Source: an uncultured Christensenella sp.
GTDB lineage: Bacteria; Bacillota; Clostridia; Christensenellales; CAG-138
Direction: 5' to 3'
NCBI GenBank assembly: GCA_964426415.1
Contig: CAYRQM010000001.1
Span: 66,803-130,802, forward strand
Length of the DNA: 64,000 nucleotides
A model generated the notes under the pieces. The model did no database searches. It was not told the DNA's origin and saw only the letters and a program-made list of their open reading frames with translations. How positions within the stretch are numbered: the stretch's first letter is position 1; every line of letters begins with the position of its first letter. Of the stretch, positions 38,252-47,132 are shown piece by piece. The position numbers and the translations under genes were made by a program.

Positions 38252-38667
38252 CGCAAAAAGCGGTGGTAGACCATGTGGGAACGGTCGTCAAGGTCGAAAA
38301 CGGCATGGCGACGGTGCGCTTCCAAAGGACGGGCGCCTGCAAGTCGTGCGGCGCTTGCCTGGTGGCAGGCGACGAAAACATGGAAACCACCGTTCAAGAC
38401 ACCATCCAAGCCGCAGTGGGCGACCAAGTTCTGGTCGAAATCGCGCGATCGGGCGCACTGCTCGCAACCGTATTCTGCTACGTCTTTCCTTTGGCAGGGT
38501 TGCTGCTGGGCGTGCTGATTGGCATTCCGCTGGGCGAATGGTGGTCGTTCGGTCTTGGACTTGGGCTTTGCGCGCTCACCTTTCTCGTCCTCAAGCTGTG
38601 CGACAAATACGCCAAAGCAAGCGGACGGTTTGCCCCACACCTCATTCGCATCATAGAAAAGGAGTAA
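38248..38667 (+). CDS. RseC/MucC-family (SoxR-reducing system-type) small membrane protein
   Basis: N-terminal beta domain with CKSCGAC, then two TM helices. 139 aa. ATGA overlap with the aspS stop. Confidence 0.7.
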   Translation: MTQKAVVDHVGTVVKVENGMATVRFQRTGACKSCGACLVAGDENMETTVQDTIQAAVGDQVLVEIARSGALLATVFCYVFPLAGLLLGVLIGIPLGEWWSFGLGLGLCALTFLVLKLCDKYAKASGRFAPHLIRIIEKE

Positions 38668-38671
38668 TATC

Positions 38672-38992
38672 ATGGAACATGTCATCGTCGGAACCAAAGA
38701 AAACTTTGACGAGATTCTCGCGGGCGAGCTGCCCGTACTGGTAGACTTTTGGGCGCCTTGGTGCGGCCCGTGCCGCATGGTCAGCCCGTTTGTGGACGCG
38801 CTCGCCGCCGAATACGCAGGTCGCGTCGCGTTCATCAAGGTCAACGTGGACGAACAGCCCGCGCTGGCAGAACGCTTCCATGTGGCGACCATTCCCAACT
38901 TGGTCTTGCTCAAGGACGGCGACGTGCTGGAGCAAAGCGCAGGCGCACGCCCCAAAGCGCTGATCGCCAAAATGATCGACCAAGCGCTGTAA
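38672..38992 (+). CDS. trxA: thioredoxin
   Basis: LVDFWAPWCGPCRMV active site. 106 aa. Confidence 0.95.
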   Translation: MEHVIVGTKENFDEILAGELPVLVDFWAPWCGPCRMVSPFVDALAAEYAGRVAFIKVNVDEQPALAERFHVATIPNLVLLKDGDVLEQSAGARPKALIAKMIDQAL

Positions 38993-39067
38993 TCAAATTA
39001 ATTTGACCTTCCGAAAAGGCACGGTTGCTTTGCCGCGCTTTTTTTCGTAAAAACTTGCAAAAAACAC

Positions 39068-39098
39068 TTGACTCTGACGTAACGTCATAGTATAGCAT
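39068..39098 (+). promoter_or_regulatory. putative MerR-type promoter/operator upstream of the MerR gene
   Basis: TTGACT (39068-39073) followed by the perfect dyad TGACGT-A-ACGTCA (39075-39087) inside the spacer. TATAGC/TAGCAT -10 candidates at 39091-39098. Confidence 0.45.
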
Positions 39099-39127
39099 AA
39101 GGAACAGCAAGAACGAGGAGGCACGAA

Positions 39128-39853
39128 ATGCAAACGGTTCACGAAGTCAGTCGGCGCACGGGCGTCAGCATCCGCGCACTGCATCACTACGACGCAATCG
39201 GGCTTTTAAAGCCCACCGCCGTGACGGAGGCGGGGTATCGGCTTTACGACGAGGCGGCATTGGAGCGGCTGCAAACGATTCTGCTGTTTCGAGAGCTAAA
39301 CATGCCGCTTTCCGACATCGCCGCCATTTTGCAAAACCCGCGGTTTGACAAGGCGCTGGCGCTGCGACAGCAGATCAAGCTTTTGGAGCTGCAGCGGCAG
39401 CGGCTGGATGCACTCTTGGTTTTTGCACAAAATCTTTTGAAGGGAGAAACACAAATGGATTTTTCTGCATTTGACACCGAAACGATTGACCGCTACAAGG
39501 CGGAGGCAAAGGCGGCATGGGGCAATACCGATGCGTACCGCGCCTACGAGGAAAAAGCAAAGACGCGCCCCGAACGGGAGGCGCGCACTTTGGAACAAGG
39601 GCTGATGGCGTTTTTTGTGACGCTGGGCGAAAAGCGATCGCACTCGCCCACGGACCCTGCCGTTTTGGAGACGGTGGGGCAGCTGCAGGCGTATATTGAC
39701 GCCAACTTCTACCCGTGTACGGACGATATGCTGCGTTCGCTGGGCGCAATGTATGCCGACGGCGGCGCATTCACCGAGAACATCGACCACGCAGGCGGTG
39801 CGGGCACCGGCGCGTTTGCAAAGGCTGCCATCGACGCGTACTGCGCAGGGTAA
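39128..39853 (+). CDS. MerR-family transcriptional regulator with TipAS-like C-terminal domain
   Basis: VHEVSRRTGVSIRALHHYDAIGLLKP HTH, coiled-coil linker, C-terminal antibiotic-recognition-like domain. Confidence 0.85.
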   Translation: MQTVHEVSRRTGVSIRALHHYDAIGLLKPTAVTEAGYRLYDEAALERLQTILLFRELNMPLSDIAAILQNPRFDKALALRQQIKLLELQRQRLDALLVFAQNLLKGETQMDFSAFDTETIDRYKAEAKAAWGNTDAYRAYEEKAKTRPEREARTLEQGLMAFFVTLGEKRSHSPTDPAVLETVGQLQAYIDANFYPCTDDMLRSLGAMYADGGAFTENIDHAGGAGTGAFAKAAIDAYCAG

Positions 39854-39859
39854 CCAACC

Positions 39860-40639
39860 TTAACGACGCAGGATGGAGTGAATCTCGGGCAGGACGTCCA
39901 GCGCCGCCAACCGACCCGTGCGAATGCCGCCGATTGCACCTTCGGGGCGCAGCTGGCGGATGTACGACACATCGGGGCGAATGGTGACGTCGGCGCGGGG
40001 GGGCCGCAGCCGTTTGATCTCATCCCGCATCATCTCGGCGGAGCGATACAGGATCGTCCGCGGCGACAGATGCTCCGTGGGGTATGGCGGATCGCCGTAC
40101 AAGTCTACGGCGATCACCACGTCCGCGCCGTTTTCCCGCAGGATGGCGCTTGGCACCGATTCCAACATCCCGGCGTCGATGTACCACCTGCCGTCGATGC
40201 GGGACGGGCGAAACACACCGGGGATGGCGACGGATGCGCGTACCGCCTGTGCCAGTTTGCCGCGGTGAAAATACCGCAGCCGTCCGCTTTCCAAGTCCAG
40301 CGCGGAGCACCAAAACGGGATGTGCGTTTGGGAGAACTCCCGATCGTCCGTCACGATGCGGCAAATGCTCTCCATCTTGCGCCCCGAAAGGTATCCGTCC
40401 CGAAACGGAATCGGCACATCCAATACGTCGCGGGTCGTCAGATACCGCGCACATTCCGCCATGTAATACAGATCCATATCGGCGGCGTACGCAGCGCCCA
40501 TGAATGCGCCGACGCTGGCGCCTGCCACCATATCGATGGGGACGCCGCATTCGTCCAACACCTGCATCACACCAATATGCGCCATTCCGCGCATTCCGCC
40601 TGCGCCCAACGCCAGGCCTACTTTCTTTCTGCGATTCAA
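39860..40639 (-). CDS. patatin-like phospholipase
   Basis: GLALGAGGMRGMAHIGV (oxyanion GxGxxG) and AGASVGA (GxSxG). A likely TTG start at 40639 follows AAGGACGG. The longer track ORF (to 41011) would overlap the divergent ylbJ. Confidence 0.82.
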   Translation of the reverse strand: MNRRKKVGLALGAGGMRGMAHIGVMQVLDECGVPIDMVAGASVGAFMGAAYAADMDLYYMAECARYLTTRDVLDVPIPFRDGYLSGRKMESICRIVTDDREFSQTHIPFWCSALDLESGRLRYFHRGKLAQAVRASVAIPGVFRPSRIDGRWYIDAGMLESVPSAILRENGADVVIAVDLYGDPPYPTEHLSPRTILYRSAEMMRDEIKRLRPPRADVTIRPDVSYIRQLRPEGAIGGIRTGRLAALDVLPEIHSILRR

Positions 40640-40693
40640 TGCATATCCGTCCTTTGCTTTGTATAGGGTACACCAAAATGGAAAGGAGCCGTC

Positions 40694-41761
40694 ATGCGCC
40701 TGTTCATTCTGCTGTCCTGTCTGTTGCTCATCGGGCTGATTCTGTGCCCTGCGGTGTCGCTTGCCGCCGCGTCCGACGCAGCGACGCTTTGGTGGACACG
40801 GGTTTTTCCCGCGCTGCTGCCGTTCCTCATCACCGTGGGCGTTTTGGAACGCAGCGGGCTGTTCGCGTGGCTTGGCACACGAAAGACGAAACGCATCTCC
40901 CCGCTTGCCCTTGTTGCGCTGCTCTTTGGCGGGCTGTGCGGCTACCCCATCGGGGCAAAGCTGTTGGGCGGCTGCCAAAAGAACGGCACGCTCACGCCGC
41001 AACTGGCGCAAACGTATTCTTATTATGCGAATCTCGGCAGTCCCGTATTCATCGTTTCCGTCGTCGCGATCGGACTCTTTTCCAACGTGCGCACCGCATT
41101 GCCCATCTGTATTTCAATCTACGCCGTCGCGCTGGCGGTGTTTTTGCCAATTTTTGTCTTTTCTAAGCGCCCGCAGCAGGCAAACTCCGCAGCACTCACC
41201 ATGGATGCAAGCTGCTTTTCCGACGCCATCTTTGGCGGCATGGAAAGCATTTTGCGCATCGGCGGCTGCATCGTGTTCGCCGCCGTATTGAATGCGCTGC
41301 TGCAGGCGGCGCGGCTTCCGTGGCTCATCGCACAGGTGTTGCCCGTTTCGGAATCGACGGTGCGCGCGGTGCTGATGGGCGTGCTGGAGCTGACGTGCGG
41401 CTGTCAAGCGGCGTCCGCGCTGCCGCTGCATCTTGCGATGCGGCTGGCGCTTTGCACCTTCTTCTTGCAGTTTGGCGGGCTCTCGGTGCTGCTGCAAACC
41501 TTGGGCTTTCTCAGGCTCTCCTCCGTGCCGCGCTATCTGTTGACAAAGCTTTGCATGGCGCTTTGCTCCTCCGCGCTCTGTTATGTGCTGACACCATTGC
41601 TTTGTCCCGATGCTGCAGCCGCCGCGTTCGCCGGCTCCGCCGCTTGGGCGCGCAACGGCGCAACGCTTCTTGGCGTGCTGTTTTCCTGCGGCTTCAGCCT
41701 TCTATGCTGCGCCGTGTTCACCCTCTGCGTGCGCACCAAAAACAGGAGCGCGACGAAATGA
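40694..41761 (+). CDS. ylbJ: YlbJ-like sporulation integral membrane protein (nucleoside-recognition/Gate domains)
   Basis: AAAGGAG RBS. About 10 TM helices. ATLWWTRVFPALLPFLI and GYPIGAKLL motifs characteristic of YlbJ. Confidence 0.65.
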   Translation: MRLFILLSCLLLIGLILCPAVSLAAASDAATLWWTRVFPALLPFLITVGVLERSGLFAWLGTRKTKRISPLALVALLFGGLCGYPIGAKLLGGCQKNGTLTPQLAQTYSYYANLGSPVFIVSVVAIGLFSNVRTALPICISIYAVALAVFLPIFVFSKRPQQANSAALTMDASCFSDAIFGGMESILRIGGCIVFAAVLNALLQAARLPWLIAQVLPVSESTVRAVLMGVLELTCGCQAASALPLHLAMRLALCTFFLQFGGLSVLLQTLGFLRLSSVPRYLLTKLCMALCSSALCYVLTPLLCPDAAAAAFAGSAAWARNGATLLGVLFSCGFSLLCCAVFTLCVRTKNRSATK

Positions 41762-41788
41762 AATCGCCCTTCCGCACTCTTTCGCTGT

Positions 41789-41879
41789 AAAAAGTGTAGT
41801 GTCAAGCACATTTTTCGTAGGAAAAAGTGTAGTGAGCGCCACATTTTTCGTTGTAAATTTGCAAATCCTGTGGTATACT
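41789..41879 (+). promoter_or_regulatory. two tandem 30-nt operator-like repeats abutting a TTGTAA-17-TGGTATACT promoter
   Basis: 41789-41818 is AAAAAGTGTAGTG-tcaag-CACATTTTTCGT and 41822-41851 is AAAAAGTGTAGTG-agcgc-CACATTTTTCGT (25/30 identical, 33-nt period). -35 TTGTAA at 41851-41856 and -10 TATACT at 41874-41879 with upstream TG. Confidence 0.55.
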
Positions 41880-41909
41880 ACAATCGTACCAAACCAAGGA
41901 GGTGCGCAT

Positions 41910-43211
41910 ATGTACCGATTTGCCATAGAAAAACTGGCGCAATGGAAAACAAGCAATCGCCGCAAGCCACTGATCATCGAGGGTGCGCGTCAAGTCGGCA
42001 AGACTTGGCTGATGAAAGAATTCGGTGCAAAGGCGTATGCCGATACCGTTTACATCAACTTCGACTCCAATTCTCGGATGGCGGAGCTGTTTGCGTCCGA
42101 TCTCGATCCCGATCGAATCGTCATGGGGCTGGAGCTTTACGCGGGGCACAAGATCGACGCCGAGAACACGCTGCTCATTTTCGACGAGGTGCAGGAGGTG
42201 CCGCGGGCGCTTTCCGCACTCAAGTATTTCTTTGAAAACGCGCCGCAGTATCACATTCTTTGTGCGGGTTCACTGTTGGGAATTGCGCTGCATGGCGGCA
42301 CATCCTTTCCCGTGGGCAAGGTGGATTTTCTCAAGCTCTATCCGCTGTCCTTCAGAGAATTTCTCATGGCGACGGGGAACGCGCGCTTTGCCGAGCTGCT
42401 GGACAAGCAGGATTACGAGATGATTACCACCTTCAAACAAACCTACATTGACGCGCTCAAGCAGTACTATTTCGTCGGCGGGATGCCGGAGGCGGTGCTA
42501 AGCTTTGCGGAGAATCGGGACTTCAACGAGGTGCGGGAAATCCAAAAGCGCATTCTTGCCGCCTACGAACAGGATTTCTCTAAGCATGCGCCCTATGAGA
42601 GCGTGCCGAAGATTCGCATGGTTTGGAACAGCATTCCTTCACAGCTTGCCAAGGAAAACAAAAAGTTCCTCTATGGGCTTGTCCGCGAAGGCGCACGGGC
42701 AAAGGATTTTGAAACGGCAATCATGTGGCTTTCGGACTGCGGCCTGATACACAAGGTCTCCCGCGTCAACGCGGCGGGAATACCGCAAAAAGCCTATGAG
42801 GACTTGCGGGCGTTCAAGCTCTTTGCCGTGGACGTGGGGCTTTTGGGCTGCATGACCGGACTGCGACAGCATACGCTGTTGGACGGCAACGACCTGTTCA
42901 CCGAGTTTAAGGGCGCACTGACCGAGCAGTATGTCTGTCAACAGCTCAAAACGATAGAGGATTTGGGCGTGTATTACTTTGCCAACGACCGCGGTTCCTG
43001 CGAGGTGGATTTTGTCGTCGACGCCGGCGAACGAATCATTCCGATAGAGGTCAAGGCTGAGGTCAATCTGAAGGCGAAAAGCCTGCATATGTATCAAGAG
43101 AAATACGCGCCGAACCTCTCTGTGCGTACCTCCATGGCGGACTACAAAAAAGAAGATCGGCTCGTCAACCTGCCGCTGTACGCGGTGGAGGAACTCTTGG
43201 CGCTGCGATGA
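41910..43211 (+). CDS. AAA-family ATPase with DUF4143-type C-terminal domain
   Basis: AAGGAGG RBS. Walker A GARQVGKTW, Walker B LLIFDEVQ. The C-terminal region (YYFANDRGSCEVDFVV..IPIEVKA) resembles the restriction-endonuclease-like fold of AAA_14/DUF4143 proteins. The track start at 41610 is an extension. Confidence 0.8.
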   Translation: MYRFAIEKLAQWKTSNRRKPLIIEGARQVGKTWLMKEFGAKAYADTVYINFDSNSRMAELFASDLDPDRIVMGLELYAGHKIDAENTLLIFDEVQEVPRALSALKYFFENAPQYHILCAGSLLGIALHGGTSFPVGKVDFLKLYPLSFREFLMATGNARFAELLDKQDYEMITTFKQTYIDALKQYYFVGGMPEAVLSFAENRDFNEVREIQKRILAAYEQDFSKHAPYESVPKIRMVWNSIPSQLAKENKKFLYGLVREGARAKDFETAIMWLSDCGLIHKVSRVNAAGIPQKAYEDLRAFKLFAVDVGLLGCMTGLRQHTLLDGNDLFTEFKGALTEQYVCQQLKTIEDLGVYYFANDRGSCEVDFVVDAGERIIPIEVKAEVNLKAKSLHMYQEKYAPNLSVRTSMADYKKEDRLVNLPLYAVEELLALR

Positions 43212-43244
43212 TTAGCGGCTGAAGGAAAGGCATACGACAAAACA

Positions 43245-43274
43245 AAAAGCCCGCGGTATTTGCCGCAGGCTTTT
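43245..43274. terminator. bidirectional terminator between the convergent AAA ATPase gene and gap
   Basis: AAAAGCCCGCGG-6 nt-CCGCAGGCTTTT (one mismatch), with A/T runs on both sides. Confidence 0.65.
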
Positions 43275-43288
43275 GCTTTGTGCTTTGA

Positions 43289-44389
<1,101 letters not shown>

Positions 44390-44585
44390 TCACAGGAAAA
44401 TGGGCATTTTTCACACTCACGTCACAGCTCGTCGCCATGTACTTCGCTTTGTTCGCAACGGCTCCTTCGGCTTTGCCTCATCTGCCATTGCTCACCCACT
44501 CCGTCATGGCTCCTCTCCGCAAAAGGTCACGCGCTCGCTACGGCTGTTCGGTTGTAAACGCCCTCACGACGCCTACGCGGCGCTA

Positions 44586-45045
44586 CCAACCTTTTGTGGG
44601 AAGACCCGCGTACACGGTTTTCGGGGGAAGGGGAACAAAAACGCCCTGTTTCCTTTTGCGGGAATACCCGTTGACACGCTATTCGGGAAAGGGATGTCGC
44701 GGCGCTGCCAACCTTTTGCGGGAACACCCGCCTACACGGGTTTTGGGGAAGGAAACCCAAAAACGCCCGCATTTTGTAGGGGCGGATACCATCCGCCAGC
44801 CGAGTTTTGCGTACACGGCCGTATGAATAGGAACGCGAATACGCCTGTTTGTCATCCTGCGCTTCGGCGAAGGATCTCACGCTTACACGGGAGATTCTTC
44901 GGCACTTCGTGCCTCAGAATGACCGTGCGGGGCGGGAAACACGCGAATTTATTGACATTTTCATTTGGCAACCCGCGTACACGGTTTTGGGGGAAGAAAC
45001 GCAAAACACCCGCATTTAGTAGGGGCGGAACCCATCCGACTGCCG
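44586..45045. repeat. cluster of REP/MITE-like intergenic repeats (four full or partial copies of a ~90-nt unit)
   Basis: Copies start at 44586, 44654 (degenerate), 44708 and 44964. Core is TTTTG(C/T)GGGAAnACCCGCnTACACGGnTTTTGGGGAAGG, then CAAAAACnCCCGCATTT(T/A)GTAGGGGCGGA(T/A)CCCATCCG. It contains hairpins GCGGG-N4-CCCGC and GGCGGAT-ACC-ATCCGCC (44781-44797). Confidence 0.7.
44851..44923. repeat. 73-nt imperfect palindromic element embedded between repeat copies
   Basis: GTCATCCTGCGCTTCGGCGAAGGATCTC ... GAGATTCTTCGGCACTTCGTGCCTCAGAATGAC. The arms are roughly complementary. It translates to the AQDD / LRMT-type pseudo-peptides often seen for dispersed bacterial repeats. Confidence 0.55.
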
Positions 45046-45076
45046 CTGCTCTCGCACACATCCTTCCGTTTCCCAC

Positions 45077-45102
45077 GCAAAAGCGCGGGGGAGTCCCCGC
45101 GC
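45077..45102 (-). terminator. intrinsic terminator after the GT2 gene
   Basis: On the minus strand, GCGCGGGG-ACTC-CCCCGCGC (8-bp perfect stem) followed by TTTTG. Confidence 0.75.
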
Positions 45103-45114
45103 CAAGTGTTGCGC

Positions 45115-46053
45115 TTATTCTTCTTCGTTCAAGCTCTCCGCGACGATATACAGCGGACGGCGCTTTAGTTCGTCGTACATTCGGCCAAGGTACATGCCCT
45201 GCACGCCCATAAAGCCCAGCAGCACGGCAGACAGCAGCAGCATCGCCACCACCGCCCACAGCCATTGCGGGCACGCCGCGCCAAAGACGGCGGTCAGCAC
45301 GATCATGGCAAGCAGCGCGAAAAAGCCCACCACCCCGACGCCGACGCCGATGCCGAAGGGCATTTCCAGCGGTTTGGAGGAGAAATTGAGAATGCCGTCG
45401 GTGGCAAGGCGCAGCATTTTCTTGAGGGTATACTTGGTCTTGCCGGCGGCGCGTTCGTCGCGTACATATTCGATGGGCTGCGCTTCAAAGCCCATCCATG
45501 CGGACATTCCGCGCAAGAACCGCGCCTGCTCCCGCATTCTGAGGAACACGTCCGCAACCTTGCGGTCGAGCAGACGAAAATCGCCCGTGTCCAGCGGGAT
45601 GGGGTAGGCGCTCATCCAAGAGAGAATGCGGTAGTATGCCGCAGCCGTGAGCTTTTTGAACAGCGTTTCACCCTTGCGCTTGCTGCGCTTGCCGTAGACG
45701 ATGTCCGCGCCGTCCTTCCACATTTTGACCATTTGGGGAATCAGCTCGGGCGGGTCTTGCAGATCCACGTCAATGATGATGAGCGCGTCGCCCTTTGCGT
45801 GATCCATCCCGCAGGTGACCGCAATCTGGTGCCCGAAGTTGCGCGAGAACGAGAACACCTTGACTTCGGGATGCGCCTTTGCAAGTGCGCGCAGCTGCTT
45901 CATGGTGCCGTCGCGGCTGCCGTCGTTGACGTAGAGAATTTCGTAGGGATGTCCCGTCGCTCGCATCGCAGCGTCCATGCGCCGATACGATTCCATCAGG
46001 ACTTCTTCCTCGTAGTAGACGGGGATGATCAGCGAAAGCAATTCTTTGTCCAT
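45115..46053 (-). CDS. family-2 glycosyltransferase, polyprenyl-phosphate sugar transferase type (GtrB/ArnC/DPM1-like)
   Basis: LSLIIPVYYEEEV, YVNDGSRDGT, IIIDVDLQDPPE (DxD), and two C-terminal TM helices. GGGAGG RBS before the ATG at 46053. Confidence 0.88.
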   Translation of the reverse strand: MDKELLSLIIPVYYEEEVLMESYRRMDAAMRATGHPYEILYVNDGSRDGTMKQLRALAKAHPEVKVFSFSRNFGHQIAVTCGMDHAKGDALIIIDVDLQDPPELIPQMVKMWKDGADIVYGKRSKRKGETLFKKLTAAAYYRILSWMSAYPIPLDTGDFRLLDRKVADVFLRMREQARFLRGMSAWMGFEAQPIEYVRDERAAGKTKYTLKKMLRLATDGILNFSSKPLEMPFGIGVGVGVVGFFALLAMIVLTAVFGAACPQWLWAVVAMLLLSAVLLGFMGVQGMYLGRMYDELKRRPLYIVAESLNEEE

Positions 46054-46164
46054 ACAAACCTCCCAAACCATTCTGCTCTCATTATAACGCACGAAAGTCA
46101 CGGTTGCAATTCTTTTTCAATGGTTATATAATAGCGGCGAAATAAAACTGAAGGAGTTCACAAT

Positions 46165-47118
46165 ATGGCAATCGTAACCAGCAAAGAAATGTTCGCAAAG
46201 GCGTACGACGGCGGCTATGCTATCGGCGCGTTCAACGTCAACAATATGGAGATCATCCAAGGCATCACCGCCGCAGCAATCGCCAAGCACGCACCGCTGA
46301 TCCTGCAGGTCAGCAAGGGCGCCCGCGCCTACGCCAACCACATCTACCTGATGAAGCTCATCGAAGCCGCCATCTTGGACGCCGAGCAGAACGCAGGCTT
46401 CGACCTGCCCATCTGCGTCCATCTCGACCACGGCGACACGTTCGAGCTGTGCAAGAGCTGCATCGACGGCGGATTCTCCTCCGTCATGATTGACGGCAGC
46501 AGCAAGTCCTACGAGGACAACATCAAGCTCACCCGCCAGGTCGTCGAATACGCGCACGACCATGGCGTCGTGGTAGAAGGCGAATTGGGCACGCTGGCGG
46601 GCATCGAGGACGAAGTAAAGGTCACCTCCGAAGATTCCTCCTACACCCGTCCCGAAGAAGTCGAAGATTTCGTGTCCCGCACGGGCGTCGATTCCTTGGC
46701 AATCGCCATCGGCACCTCCCACGGCGCGTTCAAGTTCAAGCCCGGCACCAAGCCCCAGCTGCGGTTCGACATCCTCGAAGAAGTCAGCCGCCGTCTGCCC
46801 GGCTTCCCCATCGTGCTGCACGGTTCCTCCTCCGTTCCGCAGGAGTTCGTCCGCATGATCAACGAAAACGGCGGCAACCTGCCCGGCGCCATCGGCGTTC
46901 CCGAGGAGCAGCTCCGTCAAGCGGCACGCCTGTCCGTCTGCAAGATCAACATCGACAGCGATTTGCGCCTTGCCATGACCGCCAGCATCCGCAAGTATTT
47001 CCACGATCATCCCGATCATTTCGATCCGCGTCAGTATCTCAAGCCCGCCCGCGCCGCCATCCAAGCGATGGTGGAACACAAGATCGTCGACGTGCTGGGC
47101 TGCAACGACAAAGCATAA
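46165..47118 (+). CDS. fba: class II fructose-1,6-bisphosphate aldolase
   Basis: GYAIGAFNVNNME, VHLDHG, EGELG, LAIAIGTSHGAFKF, VLHGSSSVP. Confidence 0.95.
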   Translation: MAIVTSKEMFAKAYDGGYAIGAFNVNNMEIIQGITAAAIAKHAPLILQVSKGARAYANHIYLMKLIEAAILDAEQNAGFDLPICVHLDHGDTFELCKSCIDGGFSSVMIDGSSKSYEDNIKLTRQVVEYAHDHGVVVEGELGTLAGIEDEVKVTSEDSSYTRPEEVEDFVSRTGVDSLAIAIGTSHGAFKFKPGTKPQLRFDILEEVSRRLPGFPIVLHGSSSVPQEFVRMINENGGNLPGAIGVPEEQLRQAARLSVCKINIDSDLRLAMTASIRKYFHDHPDHFDPRQYLKPARAAIQAMVEHKIVDVLGCNDKA

Positions 47119-47132
47119 AGCGAGGGATTTCT

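Noticed and set aside
44586-45045. Possible CRISPR array, because of repeated ~35-45-nt blocks.
   Set aside because: The spacing is irregular (68, 54 and 256 nt). The repeats are imperfect and extend to ~90 nt. No cas genes and no leader are present. The pattern fits REP/MITE-like elements.
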